DNA of 64,000 nucleotides, taken from positions 1,440,001-1,504,000 of the forward strand of contig CAVSHF010000003.1 in assembly GCA_963727805.1 (NCBI GenBank), read 5' to 3'. The notes beneath the pieces are model-generated. The model was not told where the DNA came from. It saw only the letters and a list, made by a program, of their open reading frames with translations, and searched no databases. The DNA is from an uncultured Nitrospiraceae bacterium. Lineage in GTDB: Bacteria > Nitrospirota > Thermodesulfovibrionia > Thermodesulfovibrionales > Dissulfurispiraceae. The position numbers and the translations under genes were made by a program. Shown here in pieces: positions 21,061-29,701 of this stretch; positions within the stretch are counted from its first letter, which is position 1; each line of letters opens with the position of its first letter.

Positions 21061-21580
21061 ATCAGCAGATCAAATCTGCCTTCTACGATTCAAACGTATC
21101 ATGTACGGCTTTGGCGTTTCAGTGATCGACATCACACATATTGTTATTTTGCGCATTATTGTATTACGTGAAAATGAAGTTTAAATTAAGAAATTATGAA
21201 TTTTTCTTAATTATTGAACACATATTCCAAAATCCCTAATGCTTTGATGCGTCAGCCATTAGTGGAACTAGCTCTGTGAAAGATTCCGTACACACTTGGC
21301 CAAGATTCAAAATATACTCGGCATCATAGGCCCCATTTTGACTTGTTATCCCTGCAACGCATGCCTTCTTAAATATGCCCTCATATCCTTAATTGGTCCG
21401 CGATTTTTAGTACTAAGCGGTATTCTATCATATATATATATTTTTTTTTGATTTTTGAAAGTTTTTTCCACTCCTGCAAGTCCTTCCGGAACGTGAGCGT
21501 GACAACGTGATCCATCGCTATTAGACGATACCCTTTTTCAGGGTCGCTTCACGCCATGCCAAGTCCTGTATAATTAATGC

Positions 21581-22198
21581 ATGATATCGGTAAAATTGAC
21601 GAATACGAATGCAGATGAAATAATTCGACAGGCAATCTCGAAGATGATGAATGGAGGGATCATCAGCTATCCCACCGAGACTATCTATGGCCTTGGTGCA
21701 ACATATGACAATGAGAACGCGTTAAAAAGACTGTATGGGCTCAAACAAAGGCCGTATGAAAAAACGGTTCCCATAATAATAGGAAGCATCGAACAATTGT
21801 CCCTTCTGGCCGAAGTCGTCAACGACACCGCTGCCGACCTGATTTCAAGATTCTGGCCGGGGCCTCTTACCCTTATTTTTCGAGCCAGGAGTGGCCTTAA
21901 CGGATATGTGACTTCGAACCGGAAAGTCGCCGTCCGCATTCCCGGCGCATCGTTCGCTCTTGACCTCGTGCGAGCGGCCGGTTTTCCGATTATCGCAACA
22001 AGCGCCAATATTTCAGGGTTGCCCCCCGCCCGTAATGCCGCGATGGTCGCCGATTACTTCGCTGACAACCTCGACCTGATCGTAGATGGCGGCGAATCGC
22101 CGACGGCGGTCCCTTCAACGCTTGTCGATGTTACAGATAATACCCCGATCATTGTCAGAGAAGGAGCAATCAAAAACTCGCTCCTCTTCGTCAGCTAG
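21581..22198 (+). CDS. tsaC: L-threonylcarbamoyladenylate synthase (YrdC/Sua5)
   Basis: YPTETIYGL, LKQRP, FWPGPLT, VAVRIP, ATSANISG. Confidence 0.93.
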   Translation: MISVKLTNTNADEIIRQAISKMMNGGIISYPTETIYGLGATYDNENALKRLYGLKQRPYEKTVPIIIGSIEQLSLLAEVVNDTAADLISRFWPGPLTLIFRARSGLNGYVTSNRKVAVRIPGASFALDLVRAAGFPIIATSANISGLPPARNAAMVADYFADNLDLIVDGGESPTAVPSTLVDVTDNTPIIVREGAIKNSLLFVS

Positions 22199-22534
22199 CT
22201 CTCACGTTCAGACCTATTGATCTTGTTGCGAAAGGACCTGCCGCTAGTGCTTCCTAAAACAGTAATCGCGCTTAGTCGGGACCGTAGCGACGCACAGGAC
22301 GCTTACCCATCTGTCACATTCATGTCAAAGCATATTTTGCTCAACGATCGTTCCCATATTTAATTTCATCGCGGAGCACGACACACGGCATATTCCTGAA
22401 GTCATGGTCCATAGATACCCGAGATAGCCTGGTACCAAGGTTCTTCAAATAGAGTTCATGTTTAGTCAACAATCGTTCTTAAAAATAGAATGTTCATTTA
22501 AAAACAACTTATGTTTATTTTTTTAACTTTTCTG

Positions 22535-22563
22535 TTGACAAATTGCATTTTATCATTTATACT
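22535..22563 (+). promoter_or_regulatory. Near-consensus sigma-70 promoter
   Basis: TTGACA-17bp-TATACT, 23 bp before the ATG at 22587. Confidence 0.8.
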
Positions 22564-22586
22564 CTTTTAAAGAGGTGAACTGCTAG

Positions 22587-23132
22587 ATGCTGAAAAGCCT
22601 TTTCTCATCATCGATTCGGGCCGAGGTGCTGTCGCTCTTACTGAACAGCCCTGATGAAAGGTTTTATGTGAGAGAGATCGCGAAGCTCCTCAGGAAGAAC
22701 CCATCAGGCGTGAAGCGTGAAATTGACAAGCTCGAAGAGATGGGAATTGTAATCAGCGAAAAAGTTGCCAACCTCAAATATTGCCAGGCGGACAAAAATT
22801 CTCCGCTCTATTCGGAACTCAAAGGGCTTATTGCCAAATCGCTGGGATTGCCCGGAGCACTGAAAAGCCTTCTGCGTGCCAACGAAGTCAAGCTCGCCTT
22901 TATTTATGGTCCTTACGCGGTGGGAGAAGAGACCGTGACCGTCGATCTCGTCGTAATCGGTCCTTCCACCCCCGCGCTCTTAATCGGCTTACAGGACATC
23001 GAAAAGAAATTTGGGAAACGGATCAACTGTACCGTGATCGATGAGGATGAGTATAAACAGAAGAAAAGGAAAGATGCGGGACTGAAGCGCATACTCGCTG
23101 AAAAGAGAATAACTCTTATAGGAAGGGCTTAG
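22587..23132 (+). CDS. Winged-HTH protein with degenerate nucleotidyltransferase-like C-terminal domain
   Basis: LFSSSIR..VL, YVREIAKLL..NPSGVKREIDKLE (HTH); AFIYGPYAVG..VDLVVIG (MNT-like). Confidence 0.75.
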   Translation: MLKSLFSSSIRAEVLSLLLNSPDERFYVREIAKLLRKNPSGVKREIDKLEEMGIVISEKVANLKYCQADKNSPLYSELKGLIAKSLGLPGALKSLLRANEVKLAFIYGPYAVGEETVTVDLVVIGPSTPALLIGLQDIEKKFGKRINCTVIDEDEYKQKKRKDAGLKRILAEKRITLIGRA

Positions 23133-23190
23133 GTGCTTAAAAGCTCCACAAAAGCGCATGTTTTTGTGGTGACGAAAGGGGGTGAATAGA

Positions 23191-23274
23191 ATGGCTACAG
23201 CAAAAAAGGCTCCTGCAAAAAAGGCTGCTCCGGCGAAGAAAGCCGCAGCAAAGAAACCTGCAAAGAAGAAATAA
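23191..23274 (+). CDS. 27-aa Lys/Ala/Pro-rich histone-H1-like microprotein
   Basis: MATAKKAPAKKAAPAKKAAAKKPAKKK*; strong RBS AAAGGGGGTGA; below the ORF-track cutoff. Confidence 0.8.
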   Translation: MATAKKAPAKKAAPAKKAAAKKPAKKK

Positions 23275-23301
23275 GGAAAGAAACGGTCTCAAAAGGGATT
23301 C

Positions 23302-23372
23302 AGGGAATACCCGAAGTACAGTTTGGTTAAAACCTCGCGAGGGTTCAAACTGTGGGTATTCCCTCTTCTTTT
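23302..23372 (+). terminator. Long bulged hairpin / probable terminator
   Basis: AGGGAATACCC/GGGTATTCCCT and ACAGTTTG/CAAACTGT stems followed by CTTCTTTT. Confidence 0.65.
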
Positions 23373-24257
23373 CTAGGTGTAGTTTAATACTTGGCGGCTA
23401 AATTGGTCAACTTCAGAAACAATTCGGTAGCATTCCGGTGAGGTAATCAGCCTTTTCAGAAAATGCACATTGGCACTGTGGCCGGATTTTTCCATAACAA
23501 CATGCCCCTCTATAGGCATCCCTATCAATGAAAAATCCCCTACGGCATCGAGTATCTTATGACGGACAAACTCGTCCTTGAACCTCAACCCTGATGCATT
23601 AAGTATCCCTTCGTCATCAACAATTACCGCGTTATCCAGAGAACCTCCCTTTGCAAGACCGTTTGCCCTGAGTCTTTCAACGTCCTTCAAAAATCCGAAT
23701 GTCCGCGCGGGTGCAATCTCTGTTGCAAAATTCGCTTCGTTGATATCGACCGTAAAATCCTGATTTCCCAGTACCTTATGATTAAAGCTCATAAAGTAGG
23801 AAAGACGCCTACCTTCATAGGGAAGCGCAACAACACGGCAATGGGTGTCTTCGTAAGAAACCGGGGACATTATCTTGAGATACGATATCTTTTTGGCCTG
23901 TTTGGCGATACCGGCCTCAAGCAAAATACCCACAAGTTCAGTGGAACTGCCATCGAGGACTGGTATTTCGGGACCATCGATATCAATAAAAAGATTATCG
24001 ATGCCCAGGCCAGCGGTCGCGGCAAGCAGATGTTCCACAGTTTTAATCTTAATCCCGTCATATCCGAGAGTAGTAGCAAAAGCGGTATCGCTCACGGAAT
24101 TCAGGTTGGCCCTGATGATCGCATCCTTGTCAGACCGAAAAAAAACAACCCCCGTATCACGCGGAGCAGGTTTGAGCTTCACAGCAGCGTATTTCCCGGT
24201 GTGCAGCCCTATCCCGCGGAAATAAACTTCTCTCTTTATGGTACGCTGTAATCTCAT
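23373..24257 (-). CDS. lpxC: UDP-3-O-acyl-GlcNAc deacetylase
   Basis: QRTI, GIGLHTG, TVEHLL, EIPVLDGS, PARTFGF, RHKILD, SGH. Confidence 0.97.
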   Translation of the reverse strand: MRLQRTIKREVYFRGIGLHTGKYAAVKLKPAPRDTGVVFFRSDKDAIIRANLNSVSDTAFATTLGYDGIKIKTVEHLLAATAGLGIDNLFIDIDGPEIPVLDGSSTELVGILLEAGIAKQAKKISYLKIMSPVSYEDTHCRVVALPYEGRRLSYFMSFNHKVLGNQDFTVDINEANFATEIAPARTFGFLKDVERLRANGLAKGGSLDNAVIVDDEGILNASGLRFKDEFVRHKILDAVGDFSLIGMPIEGHVVMEKSGHSANVHFLKRLITSPECYRIVSEVDQFSRQVLNYT

Positions 24258-24274
24258 AACAAGTACGGATTTAA

Positions 24275-24290
24275 AGCAAAAACCATACCA
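24275..24290 (-). promoter_or_regulatory. Sigma-54 -24/-12 motif upstream of lpxC
   Basis: TGGTAT-GGTTT-TTGCT (GG-N10-GC). Confidence 0.7.
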
Positions 24291-24382
24291 GTTAAGGAAT
24301 ACAATGGAATCAGAGCGTTACAATCAGCAAGTGTTGATTTAATGCTATAATGTGTGTTTTTTACTACACTCTACTACATATC

Positions 24383-25786
24383 TTATGATTGGACCTCTCC
24401 ACCCACAACGATCTCCTTTATCCTCAACGTCGGCATTGCATCGGCAACAGGAACTCCCTGTGCATCCTTGCCGCACGTGCCAATAGAAAAGCCGAGATCC
24501 GATCCCACCATGTCGATGGAGTTCAAAACCTGGGGCCCATTTCCAACCAGCGTTGCCCCTCTCACCAAATCACCAACCTGCCCTTTCTCGATCAGATAGC
24601 CTTCTTGGACGTCAAAAACAAAATCTCCAGTCACGGTGTTCACCTGACCGCCCCCCATCTTTTTTATAAGCAAACCCTGAGCGATGGACTGAATCACTTC
24701 ATCGGGACTTACCTGACCGGGTGCGATAAAGGTATTAGTCATCCTCGGTATTGGTTTATTCTCATAAGACTCTCTCCGTCCGTTACCTGTTGATTCGACT
24801 CCGTCTATCATGGCAGTGTATTTGTCATACATATAACTGGCGAGAATCCCTCCCTTGACCAGCACATTCCTTCTCGAAGGCGTACCTTCGTCATCGCAGG
24901 AAAAGGAGCCTCTTTTATTGGGTAACGTTGCATCATCGATCACGGTAATCGATGGGGAAGCGATCTGTTGACCTAATTTCCCTGAATAAATCGAAAGCCC
25001 ACGCTGAGCGAGATCGGCTTCAAGCCCGTGTCCGATTGCTTCATGAATCATTGTGCCTCCCGCTTCGGAAGAAATAACTACTGACATCCTCCCGCCGGGT
25101 GCCCGTCTCGCATCGAGCATACGTACCGCCCTTTCGGCAGCTTTATAGGCGATATCGCTAAAAGGCCTCTTTTCAAATAGCTCGAATCCGATACAACCAC
25201 CTTCAGTTTCGTAGCCGGTCTGAATGCAGTCTCCTTTGCTTGCTATAACGTGAGCTAAGGCGGTTGTATGAACCCTTTCGTCTTCGCACATGAATCCAGC
25301 GGATGAAAAAATTTTCACTCTCTGGACTGAGTCCCTGTAAACGATATTGACCTGTTTAATGGCATCGCTAAACTTGCGGGCCGCCTTGTTGCCTTCCCGC
25401 ACGAGGGCTATTTTTGCCAGCATCGGCACTGTCTCTGGGAAGAGCTTGATGACTGAAGGCACTTCATGGTACCTTCTCTTCAGGTCGATCAACACGTCAG
25501 GGCATGCGCTGGATGATGAGGCCGGACTCATCGCAATGCGGACAGTATCGGCAATCTCGTCGAGCGTCGTTTCGGAAAAATCATTGCTATATGCATACGC
25601 AGTCTTCAGATCTCGGATGAGCCTGATACCAACGCCCGCAATCGATCCGGAGACAGCCTTCTCGATCCGACCGTCTTCAAACTGGATAACGGTGCCTTTC
25701 CGCTGCTCAATATATATATCGGCATAATCCCCGCCGTCGGACAGAGCGCTCTTCAGAAGGCGTTCTATAAGGGCATCTGCTATCAC
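24383..25786 (-). CDS. tldD: TldD metalloprotease
   Basis: HEAIGHGLEAD, TGNGRRESY..PIPRMTNT, GTCGK; GTG start after GGAGGG. Confidence 0.92.
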   Translation of the reverse strand: MIADALIERLLKSALSDGGDYADIYIEQRKGTVIQFEDGRIEKAVSGSIAGVGIRLIRDLKTAYAYSNDFSETTLDEIADTVRIAMSPASSSSACPDVLIDLKRRYHEVPSVIKLFPETVPMLAKIALVREGNKAARKFSDAIKQVNIVYRDSVQRVKIFSSAGFMCEDERVHTTALAHVIASKGDCIQTGYETEGGCIGFELFEKRPFSDIAYKAAERAVRMLDARRAPGGRMSVVISSEAGGTMIHEAIGHGLEADLAQRGLSIYSGKLGQQIASPSITVIDDATLPNKRGSFSCDDEGTPSRRNVLVKGGILASYMYDKYTAMIDGVESTGNGRRESYENKPIPRMTNTFIAPGQVSPDEVIQSIAQGLLIKKMGGGQVNTVTGDFVFDVQEGYLIEKGQVGDLVRGATLVGNGPQVLNSIDMVGSDLGFSIGTCGKDAQGVPVADAMPTLRIKEIVVGGEVQS

Positions 25787-25927
25787 AAACCCTCCAAAAA
25801 TATTCTTACATGATACCACAATGTCCGATCTTACGCGAATCTCTTTTGCCTGTGGGAACGCCTTGCTCGCCTCTCCACAAAAGCAAATTCCCTTGAATCG
25901 GTCTAAACAAATGAATACAATAAAAAC

Positions 25928-26710
25928 ATGGCGATCGGACTTATCGGAGGAAGCGGACTTTATGAAATCGAGGGACTCTCTATATCTAGAGAGGTTTCAC
26001 TCTCCACGCCCTATGGACCTTCCTCCTCTACATACAAGATAGGTACCTTCGAGGGAGTCGAGGTGATCTTTTTGCCGAGACACGGGATTCCCCACTCCAT
26101 TGCCCCACATCAAGTCAATTACCGTGCGAATATCTGGGGCTTCAAATCGCTTGGGATCGACAAGATTATAGCGGTAAATGCCACGGGAGGGATTAATCGG
26201 GACATGTCGCCTGGAACCTTAGTTCTTCAGGACCAGATCATTGACATGACTTCTGAACGCCTTCACACTTTTTACGATGCTGAAAAAGCGGTTCATATTG
26301 ATTTTACCCATCCGTACTGTCAGGAAATGAGGGAACTCTGCATCTTCGCAGCCAACACTATCAGACTTCCCATAAAAACATCCGCAACTTATGTTTGTGT
26401 TAATGGACCACGTCTTGAAACCGCGATGGAAATACGCTTTTTTTCCCAGATCGGGGCTGACATCGTCGGGATGACCGCTATGCCTGAGGCGGCTTTGGCC
26501 CGGGAACTTGAAATCTGTCTCCTCGGAATCTCCGCAGTCACTAATTATGCCGCAGGCATAGTGGATAAAAAACTGACCGCTACTGAGGTCGTCGATAGCA
26601 TGAGAAATTCTAATGGACTCATTAAAAGACTGCTACAAGCCTTCATCCCGCTTGTCCCCAAAACACGCTCCTGCCCCTGCAAAGAGGCATTGAAAGACGC
26701 AGCATTGTAA
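25928..26710 (+). CDS. mtnP: S-methyl-5'-thioadenosine/thioinosine phosphorylase
   Basis: IGGSGLY, TPYG, LPRHG..H, NYRANI, GPRLET, VGMT..PE, TNYAAG. Confidence 0.88.
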   Translation: MAIGLIGGSGLYEIEGLSISREVSLSTPYGPSSSTYKIGTFEGVEVIFLPRHGIPHSIAPHQVNYRANIWGFKSLGIDKIIAVNATGGINRDMSPGTLVLQDQIIDMTSERLHTFYDAEKAVHIDFTHPYCQEMRELCIFAANTIRLPIKTSATYVCVNGPRLETAMEIRFFSQIGADIVGMTAMPEAALARELEICLLGISAVTNYAAGIVDKKLTATEVVDSMRNSNGLIKRLLQAFIPLVPKTRSCPCKEALKDAAL

Positions 26711-26857
26711 TCATTGCCTTGCCCAATTCTTCGTATGCCTCATTGACAGATTTAATATAATCTTATTAATATAACAATTACGTTTTTTGCTTACTTAGCT
26801 TCATTTTTGTCGGACTGATAAGTACTTCAGTTGCAATTATCCATATCGGAGGTCTTC

Positions 26858-27604
26858 ATGTCAGGACATTCCAAATGGTCTCAGATAAAACATAAAAAAG
26901 CCAACACCGACGCCAAGAAGGGTAAGTCTTTTACCAAGATCGTCAAGGAGATTACCGTAGCAGCGCGGTCTGGCGGTGGGGATCCTGAAGGCAATCCCCG
27001 GCTGCGATTGGCCATCGACAAAGCAAAAGAAGTAAACATGCCCTCCGACAATATCAAAAAGGCAATCATGAAAGGCACCGGTGAGCTGCCTGGCACGACT
27101 TATGAAGAAAGTATATATGAAGGATACGGTCCCGGCGGAGCTGCGATCATGATGGAAGTCATGACTGATAACAAGAATCGGACCGTTTCCGAAATTCGGT
27201 ATATCCTTTCAAAAAACGGCGGAAACCTCGGCGAAGCAGGCTGTGTTTCATGGATATTCGATAAGAAAGGATATATCCTTGTCGAAAAGACGAAAGTCGA
27301 TGAAGATGCGCTGATGTCTATCGTGCTCGATGCGGGTGCCGAAGACATGAAGAATGACCCGAAAGAAGAGAATTATGAAATTATCACCACCCCCGAAACT
27401 CTTGAGGTCGTCAAAGATGCGATCAAGCGTAATAAAATAGACATCTCCCTAGCGGAAGTCACGATGCTGCCGAAGAATTACGTTCCTCTCGAAGGCCTTG
27501 CTGCTGAGCAGATGCTGCGGCTAATCGATGGCCTCGAAGACCACGATGATATACAGAACGTCTATGCGAACTTCGATGTGACAGATGACAGCCTGAAGTC
27601 GTGA
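26858..27604 (+). CDS. yebC: YebC/PmpR family protein
   Basis: [27 protein letters not shown]. Confidence 0.96.
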   Translation: MSGHSKWSQIKHKKANTDAKKGKSFTKIVKEITVAARSGGGDPEGNPRLRLAIDKAKEVNMPSDNIKKAIMKGTGELPGTTYEESIYEGYGPGGAAIMMEVMTDNKNRTVSEIRYILSKNGGNLGEAGCVSWIFDKKGYILVEKTKVDEDALMSIVLDAGAEDMKNDPKEENYEIITTPETLEVVKDAIKRNKIDISLAEVTMLPKNYVPLEGLAAEQMLRLIDGLEDHDDIQNVYANFDVTDDSLKS

Positions 27605-27665
27605 GAAGATGCTGCTAAGCGCGCTTGACAGTTTCAATCGGCACGGTAGACAATAAATAATAGCT

Positions 27666-28283
27666 ATGTTTGACCCAATTCGCATTACATTCAAACGTAA
27701 ATTTCTTGCAGGACTCGTCATTACCGTCCCCGTGACACTCACTATCGTTGTCGTCGCCAGCCTTTTCAAATTCATCGACGGAATACTCGGTCAGTTCTTC
27801 GACCTTTTTCTGGGCAGGCATATAGCCGGACTGGGGTTTATCACCGCCGTAGGTATCATCTTCCTTGTGGGGATTATCTCAACGAATGTTTTCGGCAAAA
27901 GAGTATTAGGCCTAGTTGAGAAGCTTTTTCTCAATATCCCGGTATTCAATAGTATTTACACGGCTCTCAAGCAGCTTGTTGATGCTTTTTCGCCCGAAAG
28001 CAAGGGGTCGTTTAAGAAATTCGTCATTATCGAATATCCTCGTTCCGGCTGCTACGCCTTCGGCTTTCTGACCAAGGAGTGTACCGTCCGATCGGACAAA
28101 CGAGAGACTCGCTTGAAGACCATCTATATACCGACAAACAACCTCTACCTGGGAGAGATAGTACTTCTGGATGATAACAGCATTATCTACACAAACATCC
28201 CTATTGAAGAAGGCATCAGGATTGTCCTCTCCGGTGGGACAGCCACGCCCACGCTTATTTTTGAAGCAAAGGAGGGAGCATAG
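27666..28283 (+). CDS. DUF502 membrane protein
   Basis: FLAGLVITVP, IPVFNSIY...KQ, IEYPR, IYIPT, VLSGG. Confidence 0.88.
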   Translation: MFDPIRITFKRKFLAGLVITVPVTLTIVVVASLFKFIDGILGQFFDLFLGRHIAGLGFITAVGIIFLVGIISTNVFGKRVLGLVEKLFLNIPVFNSIYTALKQLVDAFSPESKGSFKKFVIIEYPRSGCYAFGFLTKECTVRSDKRETRLKTIYIPTNNLYLGEIVLLDDNSIIYTNIPIEEGIRIVLSGGTATPTLIFEAKEGA

Positions 28284-29674
28284 TGGGTCTTTTCACGGTC
28301 ATTCTAGCAGCCGGACTCGGGACAAGGATGAAGTCCGCTACACCAAAGGTACTCCATACGATTAATGGCAAAGCGATAATCCGTCACGTCGTCGATGCGG
28401 TCACAGCACTGAATCCCGAAAAAATCGTTGTCGTAGTCAGCCCTGGCAGCAGCATGATACAGGATGCTCTCAAGGATAAGCGGATTACCTTTGCAATCCA
28501 GAGAGAACCAAAAGGCACGGCAGATGCACTCAGGGCAGCGGCCCAAAAGCTCGCGGGCAAAAAAGGGACAGTGTTAGTCCTGAGCGGAGATACTCCTCTC
28601 GTAAACACTTCGACACTGCAGCGGCTTATCACAACTCATAAGCGTAAAAAAGAAGTCCTATCCATCCTCTCCTTCACAGTGGAAGGTGATCACACTTACG
28701 GCCGAATATGTCGGGACGGCCAGAGTGTAGCAGCCATCATTGAAGCGGGGGATGCCGATCAGGAACAGCAACAAATAAAAGAAGTGAACAGCGGCATTTA
28801 TGTAATGGAATCTTCCGCGCTAAAGCTGTTGAGAGAAATCGAAATAAATCCCCTCAAGGGAGAATATTACTTGACCGATATCGTCAGCATCGCGGTCCGC
28901 AATGGATTTCGAGTCGGCTCGCACGTCCTCGGTGACGAGACTGAGTTGACCGGAATCAATACACGAAGAGATCTTTGCATGGCCGGGCTCTACCTCAGGG
29001 ACAGGATCGTTTCGAAATGGCTCGAAAAAGGAGTTTCCTTCGTCGACATGAAAACTGTCTATATCGATCCCGATGTCAAGATCGATATAGATACGATTAT
29101 ATACCCCAATGTGATTATCGAAGGGAGAAGTACTATCGGCAAAGGTTGTGTAATATACCCCAACACACGAATTGTAGACAGCACGCTCGGCAACTGGGTC
29201 ACCATCAAAGACTCCACCATTATTGAATCATCAGTCATCAAAGACGCTGCATCGGTGGGACCTTTTGCCCATCTAAGGCCTGATTCGGTAATCGGAGTTT
29301 CTGCAAAAATCGGGAATTTCGTAGAAATAAAAAAGTCGGTCATCGGCAACGGTGCCAAGGCCTCACATCTAAGCTATTTAGGGGATGCCGATATCGGCGG
29401 CAATGTGAACATAGGAGCGGGCACCATAACCTGCAACTATGATGGTGTGAACAAGTCTAAAACGATCATAGAGGAAGGCTGCTTTATCGGCAGTGATACA
29501 CAATTAGTCGCGCCGGTCAAGGTCGGCAAGGGCGCTTATGTTGGTGCTGGGTCGACTATCACCAAAGATGTTCCCCCGCTTGCACTCGCCGTTTCCCGAG
29601 CACCCCAACGAAATTTTGATGGATGGGCAGCGGGGAGAGCCTGTAAAAAGAATATCAAATCTTCTAAAGGATAG
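28283..29674 (+). CDS. glmU: Bifunctional GlmU
   Basis: ILAAGLGTRMKS..PKVLH, GPFAHLRP, HLSYLGD, TCNYDG. Confidence 0.97.
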   Translation: MGLFTVILAAGLGTRMKSATPKVLHTINGKAIIRHVVDAVTALNPEKIVVVVSPGSSMIQDALKDKRITFAIQREPKGTADALRAAAQKLAGKKGTVLVLSGDTPLVNTSTLQRLITTHKRKKEVLSILSFTVEGDHTYGRICRDGQSVAAIIEAGDADQEQQQIKEVNSGIYVMESSALKLLREIEINPLKGEYYLTDIVSIAVRNGFRVGSHVLGDETELTGINTRRDLCMAGLYLRDRIVSKWLEKGVSFVDMKTVYIDPDVKIDIDTIIYPNVIIEGRSTIGKGCVIYPNTRIVDSTLGNWVTIKDSTIIESSVIKDAASVGPFAHLRPDSVIGVSAKIGNFVEIKKSVIGNGAKASHLSYLGDADIGGNVNIGAGTITCNYDGVNKSKTIIEEGCFIGSDTQLVAPVKVGKGAYVGAGSTITKDVPPLALAVSRAPQRNFDGWAAGRACKKNIKSSKG

Positions 29675-29701
29675 ACGGACTATCGTTCTAAGGAGGTAGA
29701 C

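Noticed and set aside
22311..22330. Pho-box/OmpR-like direct repeat TGTCACA-N4-TGTCAAA
   Set aside because: Single short match far from a promoter; could be chance.
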